Below are positions 1 to 10,874 of a stretch of 64,000 bases of DNA, in pieces. The notes beneath the pieces were generated by a model, which was not told the DNA's origin, searched no databases, and worked only from the letters and a program-made list of their open reading frames with translations. Within the stretch, counting starts at the first letter, position 1; every line of letters begins with the position of its first letter. The DNA is from an uncultured Methanoregulaceae archaeon (lineage in GTDB: Archaea > Halobacteriota > Methanomicrobia > Methanomicrobiales > Methanospirillaceae), in assembly GCA_963841015.1 (NCBI GenBank), contig CAWJAX010000004.1, forward strand, positions 32,001 through 96,000, written 5' to 3'. Both the position numbers and the translations under genes were made by a program.

Positions 1-780
1 GAAGGGAGTAGCGGATGCAGCTGCGGCCCAAATTCCTCTTGCTGTGGCGGAGCGACAACGGCAGAACAGATAAGCGCGAAGGTCGGCTACTCAGCCGAGG
101 AGATGGGGGCTGTCCCGGAGGGGGCAAATCTCGGCCTCGGGTGCGGGAACCCGCTTGCCCATGCAGCGATTCATGAAGGGGACACAGTCCTAGATCTGGG
201 ATCCGGTGCCGGGTTCGATTGTTTCCTTGCTGCCCGGAAAGTCGGAAAGACAGGACGGGTTATCGGGGTTGACATGACGCACGAGATGCTGCTGAAAGCA
301 CGGGAAAATGCGAAAAAGTCGGGTGCAACCAATGTAGAGTTCCGGCTCGGGGAAATCGAAGCCCTGCCGGTTGCTGATAACTCCGTTGATCTTATCATCT
401 CAAATTGTGTTATCAATCTCTCTCCTGACAAGGCGAGAGTCTTCCGCGAGGCATTCCGGGTGCTGAAGCCGGGGGGATTGCTCATGGTTTCAGATATTGT
501 CCTGACCCGTGAACTTCCGGAATCAGTGCGTACTTCGATGGAAGCCTATGCCAGCTGCATCGCGGGTGCGAGCCTGAAAGATGCCTATCTTGACCTGATC
601 CGAAAGGCACATTTTTCCGATGTAGCGGTACTTGAGGAAACCGCCGTACCTTTCGGGCTGGCAGTGGCAGACCCCCTTATAAAAGCAGGTTTTGAGTCCC
701 TGTCCCTTTCGAAAGATGAATACACACAAATCACGGAATCGGTGAAGAGTGTGAAGGTAAAGGCGATAAAAAGAAGATGA
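1..780 (+). CDS. arsM: Arsenite S-adenosylmethionine methyltransferase (5' end outside window)
   Basis: Frame is open from base 1 (EGSSGCSCG..SCCGG..GYS..E). Motifs NLGLGCGNP, LDLGSGAGFDC, ISNCVINL and SCIAGA are typical of ArsM. Confidence 0.9.
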   Translation, partial: EGSSGCSCGPNSSCCGGATTAEQISAKVGYSAEEMGAVPEGANLGLGCGNPLAHAAIHEGDTVLDLGSGAGFDCFLAARKVGKTGRVIGVDMTHEMLLKARENAKKSGATNVEFRLGEIEALPVADNSVDLIISNCVINLSPDKARVFREAFRVLKPGGLLMVSDIVLTRELPESVRTSMEAYASCIAGASLKDAYLDLIRKAHFSDVAVLEETAVPFGLAVADPLIKAGFESLSLSKDEYTQITESVKSVKVKAIKRR

Positions 781-813
781 CTGTTAGATTATAATCCAAT
801 CCTTTGAATCAAG

Positions 814-1179
814 GTGAGAGAAATTACTGACGAAAGTCCATTGATCCTTATCACCTGCTCGGGTGTTTCCAATACCGGGAAACTGACGGCACAGGTCGCG
901 GGAATCCTTGCGCAGAAAGAACCGGATCTCTTTGAGGGGCACGTGCATGTAAAGCAGTCCACCCGCGATATGGAAGCGGTAATCAATGGTGGTAAGGTGG
1001 TGGTGATTGACGGATGCGGAGATCGGTGTGCAGCAAAGAAACTCAAAAGTTTTTTCATTACCCCCCATATCCATATCATCGCGACTGAAGAGGGAATCGA
1101 AAAGAACGGAATGGGTGACCCGAAGTTCGAAGAGATTGAAACGCTCATCGCGGCGGTTCGCAGGGAAGTTCGGCGATAA
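814..1179 (+). CDS. DGC-domain putative zinc-binding protein
   Basis: CSGVSNTGK and VIDGCGDRCA motifs; follows arsM. Confidence 0.8.
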   Translation: MREITDESPLILITCSGVSNTGKLTAQVAGILAQKEPDLFEGHVHVKQSTRDMEAVINGGKVVVIDGCGDRCAAKKLKSFFITPHIHIIATEEGIEKNGMGDPKFEEIETLIAAVRREVRR

Positions 1180-1356
1180 TCCAGATCGTGTATGTAAAAA
1201 ATGAATAGATGAATTATGGAAATGGTGAAGAAATACTGAATTTCCTGTACTCAGTTAAAATTTTTGCGGGGGACTGGAAGACCACAAAAAAATCTTTCAT
1301 GCCCGGATTTGAATGATCGATAAGAAACTCGCCTGTTTGAAATCAGTGACGGAATC

Positions 1357-2274
1357 ATGAACGCTATAGAAGCCGGGCATCTCATCAAAAGATTTGGTAC
1401 GGTAACCGCAGTGAACGATGTCAGCCTTACGGTGCGTGAGGGAGAAATCTTCGGGTTCCTCGGCCCCAACGGGGCCGGAAAGACGACGACGATGCGCCTG
1501 CTCACCAGCGTTCTTACTCCGGACGCAGGAACAGTCCTCATCAACGGCATTGATATCCACCGTCATCCGCTGGATGCCAAGATGCAGATGGGTGTCATCC
1601 CGGAGAACAGCTCGGTCTACGCAGACATGTCCGCGGAGCAGAACCTGCATCTGAGTGGGCAGATGTACGGCATGTCCCGGGCACTCCGGGAAGAGAGGAT
1701 CGATGAGATACTCTCAAGGATGGGCCTTTCTGAGAAACGACGCCTCCCGGTCCGTACATTCTCGAAAGGGATGAAGCAGCGTGTAAGTATCGCATGCGCC
1801 ATCATCCACCGGCCTAAAGTCCTGTTTCTCGATGAGCCCACAAGCGGCCTTGACGTGCAGAGTCGCAGACTCGTGATCGAGACGATTCGTCAAATGAACG
1901 AGCAGGGAAGTACAATCTTCCTCACCACGCATAACATCGAAGAGGCAAACACGCTCTGCCAGACAGTCTGCATCATTAATAAAGGGAAGATCGTTGCACA
2001 GGACAGTCCCGAACGGCTTAAAAAGATGTTCGATACTACGCAGTCCGTAGAGGTTTCCTTTGACCGGGCTGTAACCCGGGACTTGTTCGCAGCGGAAGGG
2101 ATTTTGCGGGCGGAGCAATGCGGTGACAAGTGGAGGTTGTATACGGACAATCCGGACATGATCCTGAAATACCTTGTCGGGCGTGCCGAACGCGAGTCCA
2201 TTGGCATCACATCCCTCACGACCTCCGGTCCGAGCCTTGAAGAGGCATTTGTCACGCTAACGGAGTGTGCATGA
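1357..2274 (+). CDS. ABC-2 (DrrA-like) exporter ATP-binding subunit
   Basis: Walker A GPNGAGKT, signature FSKGM, Walker B LFLDEP, C-terminal SLEEAF. Confidence 0.92.
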   Translation: MNAIEAGHLIKRFGTVTAVNDVSLTVREGEIFGFLGPNGAGKTTTMRLLTSVLTPDAGTVLINGIDIHRHPLDAKMQMGVIPENSSVYADMSAEQNLHLSGQMYGMSRALREERIDEILSRMGLSEKRRLPVRTFSKGMKQRVSIACAIIHRPKVLFLDEPTSGLDVQSRRLVIETIRQMNEQGSTIFLTTHNIEEANTLCQTVCIINKGKIVAQDSPERLKKMFDTTQSVEVSFDRAVTRDLFAAEGILRAEQCGDKWRLYTDNPDMILKYLVGRAERESIGITSLTTSGPSLEEAFVTLTECA

Positions 2275-3020
2275 TGGAGATACCGATATTCCTTCGCGGT
2301 ATCCTCGTCATTACCGAAAAAAACATGAGGCTGTATTACACCAAACCGCCAGTCCTTATGTTCGGGCTCCTCTTCCCGCTCTTCATGTTCTTTGCGTTCT
2401 TCGTCGGGCGTAAACTCGAGCTGACCACCTATTTTCCGGCGTTCCTGGCGATGATGCTGTTTTTCACTGCGTCATCGGTAGGCCCGCTGATCACACCATG
2501 GGAGAAACGGGATAAGACGTATGAACGGCTCCTCTCGTACCCGGTAACGCAGGACATCATCATCCTCGGCGACGTTGCAGCGGGTGCGATCTTCGGGATT
2601 GGGATCTCCCTGCTTATATGGATTTTGAGTTCCCAGTTTATTCCAATTGCAGTCACGAGCCTGGGGTTATTTGTCCTTGCGTTTGTCCTCGGCACGCTTT
2701 CCTGTTCCGCGATGGGGGTCCTAATCGTATCGCCGGGATCCGACAACCCGCCCAACGTGATGATCTTCTCAAACCTGATCCGGTTCCCACTTATCTTCAT
2801 CTCCGGCATCTTTGTTCCCCTCGCGGATATGCAAGGATTGGCCCTTACGCTCGCGTATTTTTCACCTCTGACGTACCTTGTCGACTTGTTCAACGCTGCC
2901 ATGAACGGAATATCAGTATTTTCACCGGCTGTTGATTGTGGGGTGCTCATTGGTATCTTCGCCGGTTTTCTCCTTGCTGCACGGTTCATTCAGAAACGGA
3001 ATCTGATGAAGGGAATGTGA
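2271..3020 (+). CDS. ABC-2 type permease
   Basis: About 6 hydrophobic segments, ERLL..P, FISGIFVP and SPLTY motifs; ATGA overlap with the ATPase stop. Confidence 0.88.
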   Translation: MMEIPIFLRGILVITEKNMRLYYTKPPVLMFGLLFPLFMFFAFFVGRKLELTTYFPAFLAMMLFFTASSVGPLITPWEKRDKTYERLLSYPVTQDIIILGDVAAGAIFGIGISLLIWILSSQFIPIAVTSLGLFVLAFVLGTLSCSAMGVLIVSPGSDNPPNVMIFSNLIRFPLIFISGIFVPLADMQGLALTLAYFSPLTYLVDLFNAAMNGISVFSPAVDCGVLIGIFAGFLLAARFIQKRNLMKGM

Positions 3021-3038
3021 GGATAAAACAGCAGGGAA

Positions 3039-3669
3039 TTATGGTCTCCAGACCTCCACCATCGATTGATCACCGTGGTATCCAAGGAACTTCTGGAGAG
3101 CGGGAAGCTCGATTTTTCTTTTTTTGGGATTGGTATCAAGGGGATTGTTGAAGTACATGAATTTGTCATTGATTCCGGTCACTACAACCCAATGAGGGAG
3201 GTCTTCTTTGCTGAAAAACAAGGAATTCGTCACCACCAGGGGAACATGGTTCGAAAACAGAGATTTGAAAATGGTTTTTCCGGTGATGGTTTCTCGTTTT
3301 TCCCTGACCCCCAGTTTTCTGCATCTGGTTCTTCGTTCGTAAAACTGGTCCTTGAGCATCTCCATATCCGGGGCGTTCAGTGGTGGAACGAACTGTTCAG
3401 CAAAATCAATTCCACCACTATTGCTGGTAACTCTTGCGGAAAATCCACGAACTGCTGCAGAAAAAGCCAGACCATACCTGCTTGTTCCATAGACAGCTGA
3501 CAAGGGTTCCTTCCCTCCAGAGGTCCAATTCCAACTCTTTTCCGAGGCGCACTTCCTTATCCAGGTACTTCATTGCCATCATCAATGAAGCCGGGCCGCA
3601 GGTGAAGTCATAATGCTGCCGGTAAAAGGGAATATTCAGTTGGATAGACGCTCCGTTGTCAGCCTGCAT
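3039..3669 (-). CDS. Peptidase C39-like family protein (one extra base near 3498-3499)
   Basis: N-half IPFYRQHYDFTCGPASL (Cys) and C-half PHWVVVTG..NNP (His) lie in different frames; removing one base next to AGCT joins them (GTLV-AVYGTS). Confidence 0.75.
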
Positions 3670-3843
3670 GTCCTGTCCCCTTTTTTGTATGTGGATTGGA
3701 TGAACCTTTCTTCGATGGTGCTTTTTATTGAATACCGCTATAATTCTGAAACTTCCTGGTGATCTGAAACAGCTCATGAAAGAATGCTGCTGCAATCAAA
3801 CATGGATAATCCATCATAAAATGATATCCCGGTACATAATCCA

Positions 3844-4098
3844 TCAGCATTGCTGTTCCGATGTTTTTATTTGTGGAGTAATCCGTATGCGTTTCAGGTC
3901 ATACCATCCCTTCCCCAGCACGACGAGTCCAATCACGATAAAAAAGCAGGAATGAACTCCATAGACCCAGGTCTCAAAACCGGAATTTCCGGAAAATAAA
4001 CTCATCCAGAAGAACGGGCATACCAGACCAAAGAGGGCAAGTCCTGCACCTACTTTTACCTGGCTTTTTATCTGTTGTTCGCTGGGAGGCATTTTCAT
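3844..4098 (-). CDS. Small two-TM membrane protein, paralog of the adjacent gene
   Basis: GxGxxLxGxxCPxFWxSxxSG...VHS motif shared with 4142-4576. Confidence 0.6.
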   Translation of the reverse strand: MKMPPSEQQIKSQVKVGAGLALFGLVCPFFWMSLFSGNSGFETWVYGVHSCFFIVIGLVVLGKGWYDLKRIRITPQIKTSEQQC

Positions 4099-4141
4099 TA
4101 CCCTGAGGTGTTCAGCAAATCAATCATTATCAGATACCGAT

Positions 4142-4576
4142 TCATGGATTTTCATTAAATTCACGTGCCTGTTCGTTTCTCAGCTGAATCCGGTACATTA
4201 TCACGAACCCGAGACCGAATAGGAATACAAGGGACGAGTGCACGGCATTGAACATGAGTTCGTTTCCCCGGGCGCCGGACAGAAATGAGATCCAGAAGAT
4301 CGGGCAGAATATCCCGATGAGCATTATACCATACCCGATTTTTATATTGCTTTTCAGGTGGATTTCCCGGTTGGTGTTCCATTCAAGGGGTGTTCCCGTT
4401 TCCCCCCGCAGGAACTGGAGGACCTTTTTGCCAAGCATTGTGTAGGGACAGCAGGAGATCAAAAAACTGATGAATCCGCGTAGCCCTTGTTTTTGTCCCA
4501 CCGATGACTCTGATACCGGGCAGCGGATCCCGGGTGCATCACCGGAACAATTCTGTCTGATGAGCTGTCCTTTCAT
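4142..4576 (-). CDS. Membrane protein, paralog of 3844-4098 (start uncertain)
   Basis: IGYGIMLIGIFCPIFWISFLSG..AVHS; divergent from the HxlR-type regulator. Confidence 0.55.
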   Translation of the reverse strand: MKGQLIRQNCSGDAPGIRCPVSESSVGQKQGLRGFISFLISCCPYTMLGKKVLQFLRGETGTPLEWNTNREIHLKSNIKIGYGIMLIGIFCPIFWISFLSGARGNELMFNAVHSSLVFLFGLGFVIMYRIQLRNEQAREFNENP

Positions 4577-4658
4577 TATTCAAATGTGTGACATTACTAA
4601 ATTTATAGGGGATACTAATTTAGATTTAATATACTAACAAAAAACATAGTGATATTGC

Positions 4659-5030
4659 ATGATGAAAGATCCTTCCTGTTATTTTTGCCCGGTGGAAGGC
4701 ACACTCGATGTGATCGGCGGCAAATGGAAACCGCTGATCATCTGGTTCCTGAGAAAACGTGTCCTGCGGTTCAGTGATCTCAGGCGGTCGATTCCCGGCA
4801 TCACCGATGTGATGCTGACAAAACAGTTACGGGAATTGGAACAGGATGGTATTATCAGACGAAAAGTGTATACCCAGGTCCCTCCCAAGGTCGAATATTC
4901 ACTTACACCTCTTGGGATGACGGTTATCCCGCTCCTCAATGCTCTCTGCGATTGGGCGATCGAGCATATGAAGATCCCGATGATTGACGATAATGAAATT
5001 ATTGTGTGTGGAAGAAAGAAGAAAAAATGA
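4659..5030 (+). CDS. HxlR-family winged-helix transcriptional regulator
   Basis: CPVEGTLDVIGGKWK, LTKQLRELE, VPPKVEYSLT. Confidence 0.92.
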   Translation: MMKDPSCYFCPVEGTLDVIGGKWKPLIIWFLRKRVLRFSDLRRSIPGITDVMLTKQLRELEQDGIIRRKVYTQVPPKVEYSLTPLGMTVIPLLNALCDWAIEHMKIPMIDDNEIIVCGRKKKK

Positions 5031-5297
5031 GCCTCATATTGGCGTTCTGGCAGGGTTTCTGAGGTCCGGAGGGGGTAAATATGTGGTAAAAACAATCTCG
5101 ATTTAAAGTCCTTTGATGGCCAATAGGCGAGGTGAAAATCTGCCTTAATTTGGCAAACAAAGCGAATATTGGGCATATTCTCCATACGAAACGAAAAGAA
5201 GCGTTTTACGGGTTTTTCCGGTATTGGTAAAATATATCTGGACGGGAAAAGGAGTCCATTTTGGGCGTATTTTCTCTCATGGCACTTAGCATCCAAA

Positions 5298-5783
5298 TTA
5301 TTTCTGCCCAATCCGCTTTTGTGTAGTTATGAGGTATTTTGTCACATCCTTCAAACAGCACCCGCCGGAGGGGTTGTTCCGCTCACAGTTGCACCCAGCT
5401 GTTTTCATCCTGCTCATGATATCCTCAACCGCCAGACTCTTTCCGGTCCGGGTAATCTCATCATCGATCTTTTTCTGTGTCCATCCATAACAGTAGCATA
5501 GAGGGACAGGATCTTCGGTCTCCTTGATACCGACCCGTACATTCACGTCTCCTTTTTCAATATACTCGTCAGTGTCGTTGTTGAAGTAAACCACCGCACA
5601 GTCCGGTGTGTGGCAGAATGAAAAGCCATCCGGAGATGCCAGCAGGGACCGGCGTTTTTCTCTTACGAGTGATTCCACGGAGATCCTTGTTACCGGAGTA
5701 CCGGGATTCCCGCACACCAGGCATACTGGTTTTATATCGGGCTTTTTCGGGCCACAACAACAGGAGTGCTGGTTTTTTTCCAT
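5298..5783 (-). CDS. Cys-rich Zn/[2Fe-2S] protein similar to the N-terminal domain of Archaeoglobus CopZ
   Basis: CxxC, FCxTPxCxVVYF, PLCYC and CxCExxNPSGGCC motifs. Confidence 0.75.
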   Translation of the reverse strand: MEKNQHSCCCGPKKPDIKPVCLVCGNPGTPVTRISVESLVREKRRSLLASPDGFSFCHTPDCAVVYFNNDTDEYIEKGDVNVRVGIKETEDPVPLCYCYGWTQKKIDDEITRTGKSLAVEDIMSRMKTAGCNCERNNPSGGCCLKDVTKYLITTQKRIGQK

Positions 5784-5973
5784 TTTAAATTCTCCTTATA
5801 TAGTACTACAGATTTTTGTTCTCATGCTTTATGAAAGATAATCCCTGAAAATCTACCTGAAATTATCTGCATGATAAAATATTTTCTCACTAGCGATTTT
5901 TGAAAATCAGGGGAGGGAATATATACCCCGTTAACGGATAACCAGTTATCAACTGCCAGTGGAAGGATGCGTT

Positions 5974-7933
5974 ATGACCGAAGAACCAAAACCCCAGCTG
6001 ATACGGGAGAAGCTCGATGTCTGCGAGCTCGATAAAGCCCGAATGGCAATCCTGAATCCTGCATTAATTGAGCAGAAGAAGAATGATCGTACAATCGACG
6101 AGAATGCTAAACCAGTCCTTGAACTGATGTTGCGGGAAGGCATCGAGACGGTCTGGGACCGGTTCGAGATGCAACAGCCTTCGTGTAAATACTGTCTTGC
6201 CGGAACATCCTGTTCGCGCTGTACCATGGGACCCTGCCGTATCATCCCGCCTAACCGTATCCGTGGTGTATGCGGTGCAGATGCCGACCTTATCGTTTCC
6301 AGGAACCTCCTGGACCTGATAGCAACCGGTTCCGCAGCCCATTCAGACCACGGCAGGGACATTGCTGAAACGCTCTATCTCGTAGGTACGGGGAAAACCA
6401 AGGATTACACCATTTCTGATCCGGTAAAACTTAAACGAATATCAGAAGAGTTTGGGATAAAAACTGACGGGAAAAAACCAGAGCAGCTCGCTGCCGAGCT
6501 TGGCGGGGCCATGCTGGATGAGTATGGTATGCGAAAGAATACCCTCCAGTTTCTCAACCGTGCCCCGAAAGCGACACGGGAGATATGGACAAAACTGGGC
6601 ATCACCCCCCGGGGGATTGACCGTGAAGTGGTAGATTCGATGCACCGCGTCCAGATGGGTGTTGGTGCTGACTATGTCAATATCCTGCTCCAGGGGCTGC
6701 GTACCAGTCTTTCTGATGGATGGGGCGGCTCGATGATCGGCACCGAGGTGTCGGATATCCTGTTTGGCACACCGACAATACAAAGCTCAACGATGAATCT
6801 TGCAGTCATGAAAGCAGATCATGTGAACATCTCGGTGCATGGTCATAACCCGGTGCTCTCTGAAGTAATCGTGAAGGCGGTAGCTGATCCAGAGATGAAA
6901 GCACTCGCGCAAAAATACGGTGCAAAAGGAATCAATCTTGTCGGGATGTGCTGCACGGGCAGCGAACTGCTGATGAGAAAAGGCGTCCCGATGACCGGTA
7001 ACCATCTCAACCAGGAACTGATCATTGCAACCGGCGCCCTTGAAGCGATGGTGGTGGACTACCAGTGTATTTTCCCATCGCTTCCCCGGACCGCAAGCTG
7101 TTTCCATACCCTGATCATATCAACAAGTTCGAAAGCTGACGATACCTGGTTCGTACTTCTTCGACTTCCACGCTGAGGATGCATATCTGACAGCAAAAGC
7201 AATCGTGCGGATGGCAGTGGAGAATTTCAAGAACCGGAACCCGCAGCGTGTCCTTATCCCGGGAGAACCCGTACCGGTTATGTCAGGATTCTCCAATGAG
7301 GCGATCAAGAACGCACTTGGAGGTTCATTTAAACCACTGATCGACCTTATCGCTGCTGGCAAGATCCGGGGAGCAGTAGGCATTGTCGGGTGCAACAACC
7401 CGCACATTAAGCATGATTCCGGCCACATCGCTCTCACAAAAGAACTCATTAAGAAGAACATTCTCTGTGTTGAGACCGGTTGTGCTGCAATCGCATCAGG
7501 AAAAGCCGGGCTGCTGAGACCAGAAGCTGCATCGCTCGCAGGTAATGACCTCCGGGCGATATGTGAATCTCTCAAAATCCCCCCGGTGCTCCACATGGGC
7601 TCCTGCGTTGACAACTCCCGTATTCTCGTGCTCGCTGCTGAACTTGCCAATGCCCTCAACGTCCCGATCCATAAGTTACCTATCGCAGGTGCGGCGCCGG
7701 AATGGTATTCACAGAAAGCTGTCTCTATCGGAGCATACTTTGTTGCATCCGGTGTCTACACGGTGCTCGGGGTGATGCCTCATATCTCCGGAAGTCCTCC
7801 GGTAGTATCGCTGCTCACCGAAGGACTGAAAGGTGCCGTTAATGCGAGCTTTTCCGTTGAACCGGATCCGGTCAAGGCATCTGTGCTTATATCGGACCAC
7901 ATCGAACGCAAGCGGACTGAGCTCGGGATTTAA
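5974..7933 (+). CDS. cooS: Anaerobic Ni-CO dehydrogenase catalytic subunit (one extra base near 7138)
   Basis: B-cluster CxxCxxGPC..GVCG; C-cluster ligand motifs HGHNP, MCCTG, DYQC, VGCNN, TGCAA and GSCVD; the two ORFs join at KA-TIPGS. Confidence 0.92.
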
Positions 7934-8845
7934 GTGTCCCCAACCATTAACCGTGCACAATCAACAGAAAAAAGCCATCTTTCCCCTCCTGGCGGAACGG
8001 GAATCCGGATCGTAATTACCGGAAAGGGCGGGGTCGGTAAAACCACCATTACCGCTCTTCTGGCCCACCTGTTTGCACAGGAAGGGTTCAGGGTCCTCGC
8101 TGTTGACGGGGATCCTCAGCAGAACCTTGCAGTCACCATGGGTATTCTGCCGCAGGATGCAGAGCGGATAGTACCGGTTTCGCAGAGTACTGATTACCTT
8201 CGGGAAAAAACCGGCGCCGGCCCGGGAATATCCCCGGGGGGACTTCTTACCCTCAATCCTGATGTCAGTGATGTCATTGACCGGTTCTCGGTCAGCGTTG
8301 CCAAAAACCTCCGGCTCCTAGTGATGGGTGGCGTCAGCCAGGCTGGTGGCGGTTGTCTCTGTCCTGAGTATACGCTCCTTTCAGCTATCTTCCGTCATAT
8401 GCGTCTTCTTCCTGATGAAGTAGTCCTTCTTGACACCCCGGCGGGAATGGAGCATTTCGGCAGAGCGGTCGCAGACGGTTTTTCCTGTGCGCTGGTCGTT
8501 GCTGACCCGTCCTATAATGCGCTCGCTGTCGCAGAGGAATCTGCAGGGCTTGCACAGCAGCTGGGAATCCAGGATAGAATCCTGGTAGTAAACAGGGTAC
8601 ACAAGCAGGCAGAGGTTGATAAAATACAAGAAATGATGGAGGCAGTTACAGGATTTTCCCGGATGGTTTTTTTACCCTGTGATCCTGAAATAATTCATCT
8701 CGAACCTGCAGTCAACCGGCTCCTTTCACGTGAATCCGTGTTTATTGATGAAATGCGTTTACTTGCAGCAACAGTTGCTGCACAAGAAGAGAACAGGCCC
8801 TCAGCAGTGTTGAAAAAAAATTGCAGACAGGAACTGTCAAGATGA
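7934..8845 (+). CDS. cooC: CODH nickel-insertion ATPase
   Basis: GKGGVGKT, GGGCLCPE (CxC Ni site), AGMEHFGR; directly follows cooS. Confidence 0.88.
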   Translation: MSPTINRAQSTEKSHLSPPGGTGIRIVITGKGGVGKTTITALLAHLFAQEGFRVLAVDGDPQQNLAVTMGILPQDAERIVPVSQSTDYLREKTGAGPGISPGGLLTLNPDVSDVIDRFSVSVAKNLRLLVMGGVSQAGGGCLCPEYTLLSAIFRHMRLLPDEVVLLDTPAGMEHFGRAVADGFSCALVVADPSYNALAVAEESAGLAQQLGIQDRILVVNRVHKQAEVDKIQEMMEAVTGFSRMVFLPCDPEIIHLEPAVNRLLSRESVFIDEMRLLAATVAAQEENRPSAVLKKNCRQELSR

Positions 8846-8935
8846 TGAAGCCTTGCTAAAAACATAATCTCCGTTTAAGATGAGCAGATCATTCCTGCCC
8901 ATTGTCCTTTTTTTCCTTTGCTATTACAAAGCCAT

Positions 8936-9359
8936 TTATGGGGTTTTCGGTTTCCCATGCCTATGATCGCCCGGTACCCACCGTCCCCCATCCTTTGTCA
9001 GCTCTTTTTTCCAGATGGGAACACCGGCTTTGATTGCCTCAATAATAAACCGGGATCCGGCGTAAGCCTCTTTTCGGTGTCCTGCAGCAACAATGATGAT
9101 CAGTATATTCTCACCCACCGCAAGCCGCCCAATACGGTGGATGATATCGACATGCAGGAGCCGGAACTGTTCAGTCGCGTCTTTGGCAATTTTTTCCAGT
9201 TCCTGTGTTGCGACATCTTCGTACGCTTCGAGTTCCATCTCGGTAATATCGTCATCTCTGACGATACCATCGAAGACCACCACAGTCTCCCGTCCCCTGT
9301 TTCTTTGCTGCCTGAATGAGACCCCCGATATCGACATCATCTGTCTGGATTGAAATCAT
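8936..9359 (-). CDS. moaE: Molybdopterin synthase catalytic subunit (one extra base near 9286)
   Basis: FDGIVR, HRIGRL, HRKEA, KxxVPIWKKE. The N-terminus MISIQTDDVDIG..KQGTG starts at 9359 in another frame. Confidence 0.85.
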
Positions 9360-9371
9360 GCTTCACCTTAA

Positions 9372-9649
9372 TTATCCTCCCGCAACCGGGGGAAAACTGC
9401 AATCTCATCACCATCGGTAACCGGGGTTTTTGCCGCATCAGCGATATCGATCCGTTTACCGTTTTTCATAAGGATGACAAACTCCCGAAACTCGCCTTTC
9501 TCATCAAAGATAGCAGCGTATCCCTCGGGATTTTTCTTTGCGACCGTGGTAATCAGCGGGGTGAACATTGTTCCCGCTGCCACATCAGTCATGATATCGC
9601 TCCCGAGCAGTTCACGGAACCGTGCAAAAAACCGGATCTTAACGCTCAT
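9372..9649 (-). CDS. moaD: MoaD/SAMP1-like ubiquitin-fold sulfur carrier (one base missing in a C/G run near 9390)
   Basis: VKIRFFARFRE...DGDEIAVFP; adding one C gives the canonical FPPVAGG-stop. Confidence 0.85.
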
Positions 9650-10400
9650 TTTTTCTCCTTGCTGGTGTCTTCTTTTCCATACCACCACACGCTACGCAGG
9701 CTGGGTTGCGTTCCACGCATATCTCCTCTGCGTGCGCCAGTAATCCATCCCAGATGATGAGACGCCCCGTGAGCATTTCACCGATACCGAGCAGGTACTT
9801 CAGTACTTCATTGGCCTGAACCGTGCCGATGATTCCTGCTGTCGCACCCACCACCGGGAATATTTCCTGTGGCGGGGGTTTGGGAAAGATGCATTTCAGG
9901 CACGGGGTTGTTCCGGGAATGATGGTGGTTGCCTGCCCGTAGAATCCCCGGATACCTCCATGGAAGAGCGGGATCTCCTCTGCAATTGCGACCTCGTTGA
10001 GCAGGTAACGGGCAGGATAGTTGTCCAGGGCATCTACAATCCCATCAGCTTCCCCCACCAGGTCAGCAGCATTGGTTTCATCAATCTTTATATCGATGGC
10101 GTGGATCGTGATGTCCGGGTTTATTTCCTGTAATTTTTCCTGAGCGGACTCGGTTTTCTTCCTGCCGATATCCCGGTCGAAATGGAGGATTTGTCGGTTC
10201 AGGTTCGTCCGGTCAACCACGTCCGTATCGACAATGGTGATTGTTCCTACACCCGCGACAGCAAGATAGAGGGAAACCGGTGATCCGAGGCCCCCCGCAC
10301 CTGCTATGAAGATATGCGCTTTTTTAAGTCGTTCCTGTCCCTCATCCCCGAAGAGCAACATCTGCCGCTTGTATCGTTCGCGTTCACGTTCTGAAAACAT
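9639..10400 (-). CDS. moeB: MoeB/ThiF/UbaA E1-like adenylyltransferase
   Basis: RYKRQ, GAGGLG, TNLNRQ, PCLKC and CVAC Zn motifs. Confidence 0.9.
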   Translation of the reverse strand: MFSERERERYKRQMLLFGDEGQERLKKAHIFIAGAGGLGSPVSLYLAVAGVGTITIVDTDVVDRTNLNRQILHFDRDIGRKKTESAQEKLQEINPDITIHAIDIKIDETNAADLVGEADGIVDALDNYPARYLLNEVAIAEEIPLFHGGIRGFYGQATTIIPGTTPCLKCIFPKPPPQEIFPVVGATAGIIGTVQANEVLKYLLGIGEMLTGRLIIWDGLLAHAEEICVERNPACVACGGMEKKTPARRKNER

Positions 10401-10439
10401 TGTTCACCGGAATTTTGGATTTGTTCCTGCAGTCCTGCC

Positions 10440-10874
10440 TTAATGATCGCAGGTGAGATCTTCAGCATGATCATGGGAATGGGGATGTTTCTCCTCCCAT
10501 GGTTCCAGCCCTTTCTTTACACGGTAATCGTTGATTGCCTTGTGAATGCCTTCTTCGGCCAGAACCGAGCAATGCATTTTGATAGGGGGCAGACCATCAA
10601 GCGCCTCTGCGACTGCTTTATTCGAGAGATCCCATGCCTCCTCCAGCGTCTTTCCCCTGACAAGTTCAGTTGCCATGCTGCTGGATGCAATTGCTGCTCC
10701 GCAGCCGAACGTTTTGAACTTCGCATCAACTACGATGTTGTTTTCGATCTTCAAAAAGATCTTCATGATATCCCCGCAAACCGGGTTCCCGACCTCGCCA
10801 ACCCCGTCAGGGTTTTCAATCTCCCCAACATTTCGGGGATTCCTGAAATGATCCATCACCGTGTCACTATACAT
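10440..10874 (-). CDS. iscU: Fe-S scaffold IscU/NifU with His-rich tail
   Basis: MYSDTVMDHFRNPRNVG, NPVCGD, TFGCG, LPPIKMHCS; start set at ATG 10874. Confidence 0.93.
   Translation of the reverse strand: MYSDTVMDHFRNPRNVGEIENPDGVGEVGNPVCGDIMKIFLKIENNIVVDAKFKTFGCGAAIASSSMATELVRGKTLEEAWDLSNKAVAEALDGLPPIKMHCSVLAEEGIHKAINDYRVKKGLEPWEEKHPHSHDHAEDLTCDH

Noticed and set aside
5974-7933. cooS, leuC, trkH and other split genes as pseudogenes
   Set aside because: Each has a single indel with all catalytic motifs intact and no other decay; sequencing error is more likely.
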